DNA of 61,894 bases, the filler included, from Dimorphilus gyrociliatus (lineage: Eukaryota; Animalia; Annelida), in NCBI GenBank assembly GCA_904063045.1. It is 5 parts of 5 records of this genome, joined end to end, with 100 filler letters (N's around TTAATTAATTAA, not from the genome) between each part and the next. Parts side by side here need not be neighbours in the genome. Positions count along the whole stretch, not along the records: positions 33,412 to 47,127 come from CAJFCJ010000078.1; positions 47,228 to 55,559 come from CAJFCJ010000089.1; 3 more parts are not named here. One strand, written 5' to 3'. Below, in pieces: positions 38,657 through 51,670 of this stretch. Below the pieces are notes generated by a model that saw only the letters and a list, made by a program, of their open reading frames with translations, did no database searches and had not been told where the DNA came from. Position numbers and translations under genes: made by a program. Each line of letters begins with the position of its first letter. Within the stretch, counting starts at the first letter, position 1.

Positions 38657-39625
38657 TCTCTATCGGTTCGCAGGTATTATTTTAATAAAACTGAATGGAA
38701 ATTACATAATTTTGATGTGACAGCTTTAACTTTTACGGATGTTTTACTCTCTATAAGTGTATTGCTTTTTATTTCTCTTCATACTAAAGATATGAATTAT
38801 TAGGGGTCGACAGAAAATGTCCACAAATGAGAAATTTCAGGACAAAAATTGGGATTGAAAAATAGTTAGGCAGAAGAAGACAGCAACTGATTTGTACTTA
38901 GAAGGGTCTCCTCTTAGGGTTAGGGGTAATGCAAAAGGTTAGGTACAGCTAAAGGCTGGGTTAGTGGACGTTTTCTGTCGTATCCGAATTATCACAGTTG
39001 TCTGATAGCAGTTCAAGTTGTTTTTATGATAATTGCAGGATCATCATTGACATTAACTCTAATTACATTTGAGAAGTTTATGGCTGTTGTAAAACCTTTA
39101 ACATTCTACAAATATTGGACATTGAGGAGAGCTATTGTATTACTTGCTTGCATATGGCTAATCAGCTTTGTCGTATGCTCACTTCCATTTATTGGTTGGA
39201 ATAAGTACAAGACTACTTTAAAGAGAAATAATACTTTTCAATGCAATACTCTTAATGCTGTTTCTTCTTCTTATATGTGTCTATGGCTATTCAGTACTGT
39301 TTTACCAAGTTCAATTACCAGTTTACTCTTATATATTCCTATTTTAAGGGCAATAAGAAGACATAGAAAAGTCATTTCTGATGTATCAAGTGTTAAAACT
39401 ATAGAATCTGAAGGGAGTAGTATTCAAATTTTAGCCAGTCTCTTAATAATAAACTGTGTCTTCTGGATTCTACCTACAGCATTGAGTATTGCTTATTATA
39501 ATAGGCGGAAGCATAGCTATTATGAAAATGATGTACTTTTTGATCTTGCAACAGTATTGGGTACTGTAAATTCAACAATAAATCCTCTTGTTCATGGCTA
39601 TACAAAATCATCTGTAAGACTTTAA
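38657..39625 (+). pseudogene. Class A (rhodopsin-like) GPCR disrupted by a MITE
   Basis: A TM2-like ALTFTDVLL lies upstream of the MITE and is in frame with NYHSC-TM3 (TFEKF) through TM7 (NSTINPLVHG) once the MITE and one TSD are removed. TM1 is missing. Confidence 0.7.
38803..38985 (+). mobile_element. MITE (Mutator-like, 183 bp) containing TTAGGG-like motifs
   Basis: TIRs GGGGTCGACAGAAAATGTCCAC / GTGGACGTTTTCTGTCGTATCC; 9-bp TSD GAATTATTA/GAATTATCA. A second copy lies inverted at 45807-46013. Confidence 0.85.
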
Positions 39626-40974
39626 ACCAAGAAATTTTATTTAAACATCTGTAAAAAGATTACAAGCAACAAACCTTAGGATACGCCAAACATTTGCTGA
39701 TTTGTCAATTGGATGGACTTAAAATAATAACTCTTCAATGACACAGCTCAGCAACTCTAATTCAAAACAATTTCTGAATAAATTGAATGATAAAAAGTAA
39801 GCTTAATAAATAGGTGATAATTGTTTAAATGATGTTTCAACCAATCTTTGAAGTTATGTTGTCACTTAATGGAGCCATTTCTTCCTCTAATATCTTTATT
39901 TCCTAATTTTATTACCTCTAGCTTCCTCCTCCAATCTTTGCAATTCCTCTTCTTCTTGTCTTCTTCTTTGAAGCTTTTAGTGATTACGCTAGAACGCCTA
40001 GCTCTAAATCTTGCTAAATAAGCATTTATTACAGCTGTAAAGCTAGTCATAGGTTAACGCCTTTAATGGCAGAGCTTTGCGAAACCGGTGTATTTTGGAA
40101 ACAAATTAATCTCCTTCCTTGCATCCTCAAAAGCTTGCGGTCCTTTTTCGAATATCACAGTAACGTCAGTCACCCTCCAAATTTTGCCCCCAGTAAATCT
40201 AGCTGTATTGGAATAGGAGAGCTAGCGATGGACATTGTTTTTCTTCTGCTACTAATTTAAATCTCTTGATTAAGCATCATGCTACTTACACTGCTATTTT
40301 GCCATAGAGAGAGATGCACTAATGTAGTGTTTGTACCTTTGTTTTTGCCGCCATGATTGAATTTTCACCCATTTCCTTTTGAATGAATTCAGTTTTAAAC
40401 AATACCAATGTATTAAAGAAAAGTCCAGAGTTTTGCCAATAAAATATGTGTTGAGTAAATAAGTTGCAATCTAACAGTATAGTGTAGTCTATGATAAGAG
40501 ATTAGAGGCTGCCAAGCTTTGTAAATGCATCTCTATTTATCCATTTACCAAAGCTTGGCTTCAATTGATCAAAGGTTTACTTGGATGAAATGTGACAATC
40601 TTATATTTTGCATGTAACAAAAAAACATGGAAGACTTTACATAACCTGTCTAAAATTTTCCACAATACCTGTAAATTTAAATATTACAAAATTCAATAGA
40701 AACTACTCATCAGTGTATAATTTTTCTCTTAACTGCAAAGCATACCAAAGCATATACACAAGCATTTCAGATGAATATTGAAATTATATACTTTAGGTTC
40801 CACTGGCCTAAATTTTAGACATTTGAACAAATTGTTTTCTAAATATCCCTAACTATTTAGAAAACAATGTTGAGAGAGATAATTTGGGTTTTTTTCTATT
40901 TGCTTATATAAAATGCCAGTTCAATCATAATTTATAGAAATGAATTTGGTGTACTAACTTTATGTCAGGTTGAA

Positions 40975-41835
40975 ATGTGGAATTTGAATAATATTGCTAA
41001 AAATAAGATAGGATCAGTGAGTAGTCAATATAACAGTCATGCAAAAGCTTCAAATGCTGTTGATGGTGAAGTTTGTTCATTGCTTGAACAAAATGGTCTC
41101 TATTGCATTCATTCAACAGATGAGAATGAACCGTGGTGGAAGGTTGATTTAGAGAAAATGAGTGTTGTCTATGGAGTACCAATAATTGGAAGAGGAGAAA
41201 TTATTAGTGAAAGATTAAAAAATCTTCGTGTGGCCGTTTCCACTGATGATGAGACTCCAACATCACAAACATCATTAAAGTGTGGTCTTTATGATAGACA
41301 GTTACCACTCTATACAACAATGAGATGTCCAAAATCAACAGTTGGTCATTATCTATCAACAACTAAAATTTCTAATACCAACAATGAAGCCATGATTATA
41401 TGTGAAATTGATGTTTTTGGTTTTTATTTGGATGAAAGTTTTACAATAAATATGATATTTTACAATGAAACTAACTATTCATACAAAACTAATGTACTTA
41501 CACAAGATTGTAATAAGCATATAAAAGCTACTATAGATATGTCAAATTTTCAAATTTCATCATTTCAACTAAAAATCCAAGGAGTAAACATTGAAAATGC
41601 TTGTAAGATGCGAATTTTTGACCTTCTCTCTACCTATAAAATAGATATGGTAGAGCTTATCAATGATTGTAAACTTTTATATGTAGTTCATGGATATTTT
41701 ACAGAGAGAGATGTGTATGATACTTGTACATTTCATTGCAATTGTGATATTTACAATTGTCAATCGTTCTCAATTGTTTATTCATCAAATATGGAAATGT
41801 TGTACAAAGAGATTTTTATCTTTTTCAAATATTAA
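40975..41835 (+). CDS. Fucolectin/tachylectin-4/pentraxin (FTP, F5/8-like) domain protein exon
   Basis: SSQY...ASNAVDG, CIHS...EPWWKVDL, GRG...ERL, C...C...GHY...ICEIDVFG. An upstream acceptor (tatgtcag|) suggests an internal exon. Confidence 0.8.
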   Translation: MWNLNNIAKNKIGSVSSQYNSHAKASNAVDGEVCSLLEQNGLYCIHSTDENEPWWKVDLEKMSVVYGVPIIGRGEIISERLKNLRVAVSTDDETPTSQTSLKCGLYDRQLPLYTTMRCPKSTVGHYLSTTKISNTNNEAMIICEIDVFGFYLDESFTINMIFYNETNYSYKTNVLTQDCNKHIKATIDMSNFQISSFQLKIQGVNIENACKMRIFDLLSTYKIDMVELINDCKLLYVVHGYFTERDVYDTCTFHCNCDIYNCQSFSIVYSSNMEMLYKEIFIFFKY

Positions 41836-42319
41836 TGACCTTTTTTGGTGAATGTGAATTCTTTAATTTGAATCTCTAATTTTTTTTACAGAATGAGCAG
41901 TTATTTGCACATTTCAAACTGTTAGGTTCTCTGTTTCTTCATCACATAAAAAATTCATCCAATAGCCTTATTGCTCATCATGACAATAGAATGTCTTGAA
42001 ATAAATGAAAAAACACTCCAAGAATATTTTATGATGTATAAGTAATTAAGTAATTCAAATAAAAAGTTTACCTTTTAAACTATTGAAATTTCATAATTTA
42101 TATAAAAAGCTTTATTTATAACATGATAATAATTTATATAAAAAAGTATTTAAAACTAGAGAGAATGATAACTATGAAAATTTTACTTCTTGTAAACTTG
42201 ATAATTTATACAGTATTTCTGTATTTTCTACACTTATGATTAAAAACTGTAATAAAAACTATTATTTCATATATGGTTGTTGTTTTTAATTACTCAATTT
42301 ATAAATTCTATAAATATTG

Positions 42320-43600
42320 CCAGGAATAAGGTTGCTTCTCAAAGTATATCTATTTATCCACTTTGTCCCTCTCCATCATTTGCAACTGATTCTCAAATTT
42401 CTGTGTAATTTATCAGAACTGCAATCAATTCAGCCTCATTCTTTTGCTCATCAGATAGCTTAAGGTTCATTCTTTGATGCCATCCCTCACAATCATTATT
42501 ACTTCTAATTGATAAACCAAAAACTGACCAATTATTTGGTTTCCATAATGTATTTTCCATCCAGTGTTTTTTGAAGTATTCTAAGAGATCTCAGAACTTG
42601 TTCTTTTCAAAAAGGTCTGTCTTTATGCTGGCAAAAAAGGGAGTGTCATCAATTACCTGTATATTCCTATATACTGCTTGTGTGAAATGAAAGACACAAT
42701 GTTGAAATTCAGTAATGGGGTATATTTATCAGATTCTTGATATGCTGCAAACACAATTATATTTTATCATCATTCTTGTAGAGAAAATAAGAAATATTCA
42801 GAGCACAGTATGCAAATATTTTAAAATTATTAACAAAGGTGATAAACTATTCAGGAAATTAATTTTCTAGCGATATCAATAAAATCTAAAGAATGTAAGT
42901 TTTTCAATTAAATCTTTTCTGTTTATTGAAATTTTATTTTTTTCATAATTCCAAAGAAATCTGGCCATGTATCTCTTATACTTTACCAAATGGCCTTCTC
43001 ACAGTCCAAAACAATTTTTTGAATAGAGATGTGACCAGTTAATTCATTTACAGACTAAATGAACAAATTTTCATTGATTTAAGTATTTAAAAATATAACT
43101 TACCTTGAATAGTAATTTATAAGCTTTTTTCTGTTTTAAAGTTAAGAATGAAAAAAGCAGTGGCATCTGCTTAAACCCTTCATCTTTCTTTAAGAATCTA
43201 TGGATTGACAACATTTGGAGATAATGGATCCTTGTCAATTTTAAAAGTACCATCCACATACCATATTTTAGCCTTATATACAAATTTTAACTGATGCTCG
43301 GTTGCAAATAGTAATATTCTTTGATTGTTTGAATAATATTTTTATTTAAAACTTCCAATGGTTTGAAACTAAAGTCAAGTTGAAAGTTGACATCATTAGT
43401 CTATTTTTTTGCTTGCTATAGCTACTTCTTTGCAGTTGTGTAAATTTCCATATGGATATTTTAAAAGAATATCTTCTGCTATCCTTTTTCCACATGATTT
43501 ATTATCATTAAAGCACTTCTCTTTTACATCTTTTCTAATTATACTCTTCTCTTCTGCATTTTTCATTTTTCTAATCCTTAACCTTAATGAAATTTAAGGA
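42320..43600 (-). pseudogene. Mutator-like (MULE) transposase remnant
   Basis: Fragments WYVDGTF-like, KQMPLLFSFLT, CVFHFTQAVYRNIQ, YFKKHWM and SNNDCEG; stops and frameshifts. Confidence 0.75.
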
Positions 43601-44173
43601 AGGTTGTAGAATATTTATTTTCAAAGACATATAATATAGGATAGCTAGTGCTTCATTATAGGTTAGGGTTTTTTCTGAGTGATCAAATGATTGTTACTAC
43701 TCAGCACTCTTGAATTTAAGTGCTGGGTAAGAAGTCAGAGAAGATTAACCCTGTTTATTAACTTAATTATTTTTTAGTACCTAAATTTCTTGATAACCCT
43801 TAACCCTCAGAAGAAACACAGTACAAATCAGTTGCTGTCTTCGTCTTCCTCATCACTTTTCAATATAAAATCTAGTCTTAAAATTATTTATTTATAATAA
43901 AATATCCCATTAAGTTGAAATTTGAAGTAACGTTTGGTCCATTTCTCAGGTTAGGAACAAAGTACATATACGAATTCTACTTTAAAATGCAAGAGCATAG
44001 ATTTACTGTAAGGCCTGTTGAAAACACCCATTTTCAGGTGAGATTTTCGGTAGGGAATTAGTTAGGAAAAATATTTAAGCAATTGAAATGTAATAAGATG
44101 AGTCCGAACTAAAGGTTAACAACATTGAAGTGCTTAAAACAGGGTCCAGGGTTGGGTTAGGGTTAGGGTAAAA

Positions 44174-44740
44174 CTACAAAGCTGTTGGGGTTTTCAATTT
44201 AAAAAGATTTAAATTACAATGATTCATTTCAATTTTCAAAACATTTTCACAGAATTCATGTAAAGTCAATAGAATATAACTTGCACAATTTCCCAATGAA
44301 TTATTACAAAGACTCAGCTCTTTTAGCATTTTTAAATATTTTAATAAATTTATTAAAGAATCACAAATTTTATCTGTAAATTCACAGTTGTCTAGATGAA
44401 GAAGTTGAAGATTTTTTGTATATTTTGACAATTGTTCCAATAAGATTTCACCAATTTTATCCCTAAATTGATTTCCACTTAAATATAGATTTGTTAAATT
44501 TTTTGTTTTAATAAAACAATTTTGAAATGATTTTAGAATTTGAATTTTTGAAATAGTATCATTTTTATTTCTTAAATTTTTCAATTCAATATTATCCAAT
44601 AGAATTTGTGGAAATTCAACACTTGACAATTGTAATTCCTTTATGCAATTGGCCATATGAACTCCAATAGCAGCAGACAATTTACAATCATAAATATATA
44701 ATTGCTGAAGATATGTACAATGAATTGATAAACCTTTCAA
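44174..44740 (-). CDS. Ribonuclease-inhibitor-type LRR fragment (NLR-like C-terminal exon)
   Basis: Repeats LTNLYLSGNQFRD, LQLLHLDNCEFTD and LKELSLCNNSLGN. Confidence 0.65.
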   Translation of the reverse strand: MKGLSIHCTYLQQLYIYDCKLSAAIGVHMANCIKELQLSSVEFPQILLDNIELKNLRNKNDTISKIQILKSFQNCFIKTKNLTNLYLSGNQFRDKIGEILLEQLSKYTKNLQLLHLDNCEFTDKICDSLINLLKYLKMLKELSLCNNSLGNCASYILLTLHEFCENVLKIEMNHCNLNLFKLKTPTAL

Positions 44741-44899
44741 TATCTTTTCACAACATAAATCTTCAATATGATATAGAAAATATTGTCAAAGCTGGAAGAT
44801 TTTGAGCAGCTGTACACAGTTCATCACATGGGAAATTTTCTTTACTAAGTTCGTTTACAAGTTTACAAACTAGTTAATATCTTAGAACAACTGGATGGG

Positions 44900-45120
44900 T
44901 AGTCTTGCCTCATCCAGCCTACAGCCCAGACCTGGCGTCATCTGACTATGAACTTTTCTGAAAATTAAGGGACCATCTTTGGGGTAAAATATATAACAAT
45001 GATGAGGAATTGCAAAATGCAGTAAGGACATTTTCCAAACTGCCCTTATACTTTGCCAAAGGAATTGACATGCTTCCCTCCAGGTGGCAAACATGCATTG
45101 ACAATAATGGGGAATTCAAA
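44900..45120 (+). pseudogene. mariner (DD34D-type) transposase C-terminal remnant
   Basis: LPHPAYSPDLASSDYELF*...GIDMLPSRWQTCIDNNG. Confidence 0.8.
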
Positions 45121-45233
45121 GCTATGAAGACAATAGTTAATATTTATGACTTAATCTTTTATCATTCTATTAACAGCATTTTTTGGTGTCTTGTTTAAAA
45201 ATGTTGACAATGTTACTGACACAGCAAATTTAT

Positions 45234-45512
45234 CTACACTAGTAGGAATTTTTTCTCAGATGCTGTGTTTCTGAGAATGTTAAAGGTAGCAGGGATGACA
45301 TCAGTTTTTAAGAATGGTAATGCCAGTAGTTTCTTCATTATCAGATACTCCTCTTCTTTCTTCTTATAAAGAGAACTATAACCTAGTTCTTGTATTTGTC
45401 TATAGACTGATTGAGACCAATGAAAACAGCATCCTCTAATATTTGCATCAGGGTAAACAGATCGAAGTGCTTTTTTGTCTAGGTCCCTTATATTTAGCAT
45501 CAGTATATACAT
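45234..45512 (-). pseudogene. MULE transposase fragment
   Basis: IRGCCFHWSQSVYRQIQELG...LLALPFL (CxxH motif). Confidence 0.75.
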
Positions 45513-45806
45513 AGGAAGCCTCTCTGATGAATGAGCAATAGCATTGTACTATTTATTTATTTAAGTGTATTTTTTTAAAAACACTACCAGTTTTGTTGAA
45601 ACATTAAAAAAACATTTAAACAGATATTTCTAAAATACAAACATTTAAACATTTGTGTCTTTTTTTTTCATTTTTACCAATAGATGTCATAGAATCAAGC
45701 ACAAGAATAATGGTAATTGAAACATTAATAAGAATCATGTTCTTGACATTGTAAGCACTGATTTTTAGTAGGATAATCCTTAAAGGGTTATACTATAAGA
45801 AAAAAG

Positions 45807-46013
45807 GGATGCGACAGAAAATGTCCACAAATTGGGGCTTTTATCCTAACCCTAACCCAGCCCTTAGCTGTACCTAAGCTTTTGCATTACCCCTAACCCT
45901 TAGAGGAGACCCTCCTAAATACAAATCAGTTGCTGTTTTCTTTTGCCTAACCATTTCTCAATCCAAATTTTTGTCTTGAAATTTCTCATTTGTGGACGTT
46001 TTCTGTCGACCCG
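45807..46013 (-). mobile_element. Second copy of the telomeric-motif MITE
   Basis: GGATGCGACAGAAAATGTCCAC...GTGGACGTTTTCTGTCGACCCG; internal sequence is a reverse-complement homologue of 38803-38985; contains CCTAACCCTAACCC. No TSD seen. Confidence 0.8.
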
Positions 46014-47127
46014 TTATTATCTCCCTCATTCAATACCTCTGCCAATTTATCTTGAAATGAGGCAGAAAATGATTAGTGGACAAACATCACCAGAAGGCAA
46101 ATTACAAGAATATTTTTCATATTTATCTGAATTTGGTGGAGAAAAGAGAAAAATTTCGGTTGCTATGGCAAATCAAACGAGTACAACTTTATTATACATA
46201 CAAAATTTCCTTTAAATAGTTGCTAAACAATTAAAAAATCAGTAAAACCAGTTTTTTTAAAAAACTAGACCTGACATAAAAAATATTGCTAAAGAGCATC
46301 ACCAGAAGAAGGCTCTTTCTCTTTCCACAACCCAGATAAACTGTCACCTGATTGTAATAGCAGAATTTTTGTAAAAGTTCTATGAGATTAATATAATTGA
46401 AGGGCGTTTGTGAAAATATACACACTTAGGTGGTGTTATCCCAACAACTTATGTAGAATTAAACTAGTATTGAGTACTGCTGATAGCACTGATAGCACTG
46501 ATTGCACTGATAGGCTTCACTTATTTTTGTGTAAGGTTGTGCACATACAGCGACTCTACAGTTTTCTAAAATATCATCTATATTGAGCTAAAGTGCACAT
46601 TCAGCTTTCTAAAATATTTTGTTTTACTTTGGACAACAAGTATTTTTTCACAATTATCTTTTATAATTTAAATTGTGCCATAAATATCCATACAAACATG
46701 TTTTTTGTCTAAATAATTTCTAAAAAATTTCAATTTCAAACAATTTGAAATTAGTAGACAATTATTTCAACTTAGTAGTCTCAGTTTATTACCATTAGTT
46801 CCCAAATTAGGACAATTTTGTTCCTCTTGAAATGTCTTTTCCCATACTCCTATTATTAATTCTTTTATAAGAGAATACAAGTTTTGATCCAATTTCCGAG
46901 GCAAAAACAACTGATAAGGAATTTGTATAAAAGCCAGGGTGTAGGTAGTAGCAGGCATTCAGTCATGGATTAACTCTGTTAGTGAATAGATCTAGTATTA
47001 CTTTAGTACATTTTTAAGATATTTATTTTCTATTAGTACTTAAAAAAAAACTCTATTTCTTAGGAAATAGACTATCTGACTGTAACAGATGGTGGCTACT
47101 TGTAAATTAACAAAGAAAGAAAGAACA

Positions 47128-47227
47128 NNNNNNNNNNNNNNNNNNNNNNNNNNNNNNNNNNNNNNNNNNNNTTAATTAATTAANNNNNNNNNNNNNNNNN
47201 NNNNNNNNNNNNNNNNNNNNNNNNNNN
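47128..47227. other. Artificial contig spacer
   Basis: Same N/TTAATTAATTAA/N design. Confidence 0.98.
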
Positions 47228-47640
47228 CATTCTTGATTGAAGAACACTTTCTATGTTTTTATGCAATTTATGAAGATGGTTTTCATTTTTTACAATGAAC
47301 TTTGATCCCTTTTGTAATATGAATGCAGGACAAGGAGCTTTGGCATATCTCTGAGTACATCTCTAGGTGATTGAACTTTCAGTTTTTCTTTTTACAGAAT
47401 ATGAACAGTTTTTGTGTAGAAGTAAGTCTTTATTTTTTGTACTTCCACCTACAACTATTTTGAAATCATCTCTTTCTGTTTCCATGATGTTATACTGCTT
47501 ATCCATCTCAAATGAAGTTTCATCACTTATATCAATTCTCTTTGCCATGTATTGTCCATCTTCAGGAAAGTTCAACTCTTTTTCATTGTTTGGTGATTCA
47601 GGTGAATTGAAGTCAAAGGAAAGTCTTAACTTTGATTAAT
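47228..47640 (-). pseudogene. FLYWCH-type zinc finger fragment (probable MULE N-terminus)
   Basis: GGSTKNKDLLLHKNCSYSVKRKTESSIT*RCTQRYAKAPCPA...NHLH, with the conserved Trp replaced by TAG. Confidence 0.6.
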
Positions 47641-47872
47641 TAATCAAAGAAATATTTTTCAAATTTCTTATCTTTTTTTACTGTAAGTGCGTTGATTACA
47701 AATGATTAATTGATTGAAAAGTTTGCCTTTTCAGATATCATTCCAGCTTTAAGTAGAATTACAATTCTTTTCCTTGCATTTCTAATTGAACAATATGACC
47801 AATAAAATACATAAAATTGAACTTTTCCTATTATAATTGTGATGTTTTGTTTATTTAAATATTTATTTTTAG

Positions 47873-48066
47873 TAAGAGGCTGTTACAAGGTTCAATATTT
47901 AGGAAGGTTATAACTTGGTCAAACCTTAACTAGCAGTTAAAGGATCACCTGGAGAATGACTAATCAAAGTCTATGTTTGGCAATGGTATTGCATTTTCTT
48001 ATGTAGGTTAAGAGGTACATGTATAAGTTGCATATAGTCATATATCATCATTTAGTTTAACTTGTT
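47873..48066 (-). repeat. Copy of a short interspersed (MITE-like) repeat
   Basis: Reverse complement aligns by eye with 52950-53212 (aaccttcctaaatattgaaccttgtaac vs aaccttcctaaatgttgaaccttgtaac; tatgcaacttatacatgtac vs tatgcaacatatacatgtac). Confidence 0.6.
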
Positions 48067-50132
48067 CAACTGTTTCACAGTATTCAAGTCTTTTACTCTT
48101 TAATCCTTTGATTTTGAAAAAAGCATTATTATTATATCGAGAAAACAGTTGACTTTTCCCTTGAAAATAGGGGGTTCTTAATAAAACTAGTGTAAAAAAA
48201 ATAGAAGCAAGTTGATACCAAAACTCTACAAATATATTGGTACTTACTTGGAAAATCATTTTTATAACACTTTATGCATATACAGTAGTCAATCTGTGAG
48301 CATTCCCTTGTATGAAACCTGTACAATGGATAATTTTTACACAGATTTTATTAACTTGACTAAAGTTATCAGTAGCACTGTAGAGCTTATAAACTATCTA
48401 CACTACATTATTGACAGTTACTCAAGTATACATGCTCACAATTTGCCTTTTTTCACTGACACATTCCTAACAGAACCCATATTTTTCTCTAAAAATCAAC
48501 AAATGAAAATAATAAAATATAAAAGTCACTTTTTCAGGTTCTAATAAAAAATATTTACTGCATTGCGTAATAACTGAATAGTCACCATCATAATTCATTG
48601 ATTCGCAAATTTTGTTTGCGTAGTATTGTTTAAAAGGATAAAATAATAAGGGTTGAGGACGTTTTCCACTGCTAAATACCAATAATCCACATACTGAAAA
48701 AGCAGTATCTTTTCTGCTGTCTTCATATATAGAGTATCCCTTTTTTTCTATTGCAGTCCATAGTCCAATTCCTCCATTTCTCTGACAATGACAAATTACA
48801 ACCAATGAAATTTGCAACAAAACAAACATTTGAAAAACATAAACCAGAATTATTTACTTATTTTATATTAAGCAATTTATTGTAATTGGAAATTTTTGAT
48901 ATTATTTCAAAATGTCACTTTTTCTCAAAGGACTCTCTGTAAGGTGATTTTCCAATATTTTCCTCAACCTAAATGTGAAATAAGGGAGAAGTAGACATAC
49001 AAAATATCCATAAGTGTGTCCAGGATTGTCATTTTATCAAAATGGGTGTGCACTTTCTTGATGAGTTTGGATTCTTTCATGTCAATACAAAAATAGTGAT
49101 GTAATTATTTATGATGTTAATAAAAAATCAGAAAATTTTAAATATAAATTATTAATTATTTTTGCCTTTTGCCTAACCAAACTTATGAACCAGTTGGTTC
49201 ATAAAGATGTATTCTTTGCGAAAACAATTAAAACCTAAATATGACAGCGATAAATGATAAAAAGATTCCTAATTAGAAAAATGGCATAGTATATTTATAA
49301 TCAATGAACATTTTCTTATTCTGTAATTATCAACAAATGAATTCATGTTTTTCATGTTCATGCAAAAGAATAAAGGAGTTTATAATACTGTTGTTTCTAT
49401 AAATAGAATTAAATTATAAAGTGATATCTGTTGGCTCTTTGAGGTTATTGTTTTTAAGGGGAACAACAGAAGTCGCCCAGGGCAGAAGTCGCCCAGGACA
49501 GAAGTCGCCCAGAAATTGATAGAAGTCGCCCAGAGCTGTGACAGAAGTCGCCCAGAACTGTGATAGAAGTCGCCCAGGACTATGACAGAAGTCGCCTAGA
49601 ACTGTAGAAGACATAATGTGTTTGTTCTTTGTTTCTATTGATTTCTGACAATTGAAATATATAATAAGTATTAATAAATATAGAATGCATCATTTAATAA
49701 TAACTAAATAGTGAATGAATTAAATAATAAAATACTGGCATTCTGTTGAAGGTTTCACATAAATATCATTTATTTGCTTAAACTTGTGCACAAACTTGAG
49801 GTTCTATTTGGATCAGTACAGCAGAAAATTCCCACAATCACAATACAAAGTACAGTATTGAGTTTTAAACTAAAAATCTTATGCATTTCATTTAATTTAT
49901 TAAATTTGTTTCTACATTCAAAGCAGAATTTTGCCATGTTCATCAATATTAATGGTACCCACCACATGATGCTAGAAGTAGTAGAGTAGATGTTGCCTCT
50001 AGGGTAGATGGTACCGAACTACCAGAATCAAGCCCTTTTATAGGCAAAAGATAAGATATTACATAACCAAACATGTTGACAACAACACTACAAAGTACAG
50101 TAATGAGTTTTAAACTACAAATCTTATGCATT

Positions 50133-51545
50133 TCATTTCATTTCTGAGTAGAGTTGACAACATTTTTCCAAAACTTGTGATGAAGTCATCTGATGAGCTT
50201 CAAATTTCTCCCAAATTTTAAATATTTCATTCTGCATATTTTTATATTGTCTTCTTTGATATCTTAATATCTTTCTCTCTGATAGCATTCTTTGATATGC
50301 TGGGATAAGATCTGCCTCTCGTTTTAATTCATCTACTACCAAATAGAATGAAGAATTTGCTCTTAAATTGCCATTTAGCCGATTATGGAACCCCTCCACA
50401 TCATTATTAGTTCTAATAGCATTTTTATAAATTGACCATTGCTTTGGTGACCAAATTCTATCCATCATCCAATTCCTTTCAAAGTACTTTATTAGATCAC
50501 CTAGTTTTTTTACTGATTGAAGGTAATCCTTAATTCTTCCAAATTCTATTGGAATTATGTGAAATGGAAGAAATGGTAATGCCATAAGCTGCCTCATTTC
50601 AAACCACTGTCCTCTTTTTTTTTTAAAGTCTGATGAATATCCAAGTTCCTATTAAAACAAAAAATGTAGAGTAAATCATCTTATATAAAAATAGCCTCAT
50701 TTTCACCTGAATTTTTCTGTAAACAGCTTGATTCCAATGGAATAAACAGCCTGTTAGTGTAACACTTTCCCAATTGTCTAATGCAGCTTTCCATACTGCT
50801 CTTTCATAGTCCAGAACAATTTTCTTTGGTGTTTTGTATTCCAAAAGTTCATTTAGTGTCTGTTAATAAAATGTTATTTACTTTGAAAAAATTGTATTTT
50901 TATAAATACCCTTACCCTAAACAAAATATTGTATGCTTTTTTCTTCTTTGATGTCATAAAAGCAAAGAGTAGAGGAACTTGTTTTAATGCTCCCTCTTTC
51001 TTCAAAAATGAATGAATAGAAAACAGCTGTTTGAAAGGTTGTTTTACAATGCTAAAAGTTCCATCCACATACCAAATTTTTGAAACTGAAAGCAGATTGA
51101 GTTGCTTCAATGTGGAGAAAATAATGATTCTTTCACCATTTTCAAAAATATCTTTTCTTAAAAAATCATCTGGTATGAAAGTATTATTTAAAAGAAAATT
51201 TCTTCCAATAGGTTCAGTAGGCTGAGTTTTTCTTCTATGGTAATTAATCATTTCTTTACAAGTATCTACCTTCAAGATATTGCCCATATTTGCATATGGG
51301 AGTATAGCATTTTCAGCTAATCTTTTTCCACTTACATTAATATTACATTTTCCACTTTGTTTTGCTGTCAGTTTAATTTCAATGTTTTGCTCTAAGTTTT
51401 TTTTAGGTGGATGAATGTGTGATTTAGAACCTAAGTGAAAATTGCTACCTCTTTGAATTATACTGGCAGGGCATCTGATTTTCTTGTTCCTGACACTACA
51501 TATCCAAATAGTACTACTTTTGTACTGTCCTTTTATAGTAAAAGA
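50133..51545 (-). CDS. MULE transposase with two introns (start not identified)
   Basis: FLYWCH-like WICSVRNKKIRCPA...HIH, then WYVDGTF, VLDYE, CLFHW and NNDVEGFH. Removing two GT-AG introns (after LFR at ~50915 and after KIQ at ~50705) gives a continuous frame to the TGA at 50133. Confidence 0.8.
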
Positions 51546-51552
51546 ATTATTA

Positions 51553-51670
51553 GGGGTCGGGTGTGAACGTACCTGGGTGCGAACGTACCCGGGTGCGAAC
51601 GTACCCTGGGCGGGTGCGAACGTACCCTGGGCGGGTGCGAACGTACCCTGGGCGGGTGCGAACGTACCTG
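51553..51670. repeat. Short tandem array GGGTGCGAACGTACC(CTGGGC) inside the MULE right end
   Basis: About six copies directly readable, abutting the TIR repeats. Confidence 0.85.

Noticed and set aside
38806-38997. MITE removed as a GT-AG intron, rescuing the GPCR
   Set aside because: A 192-nt GT...AG pair exists, but the TAG at 38801-38803 would remain in the exon, so the frame is not rescued.
39862-40330. Slightly more GC-rich minus-strand coding-like stretch
   Set aside because: It is fragmented and has no recognisable motif; it cannot be assigned without a search.
48467-48829. Possible secreted SRCR-like gene
   Set aside because: Only a hydrophobic leader and a weak ANKICESMNY resemblance; downstream frames are closed, so support is insufficient.
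49462-49600. CRISPR-like short repeats (AGAAGTCGCCCAG; also 51553-51740)
   Set aside because: Spacers are tiny or absent, there are no cas genes, the context is eukaryotic, and the arrays are mirror images forming MULE TIRs with a 9-bp TSD.
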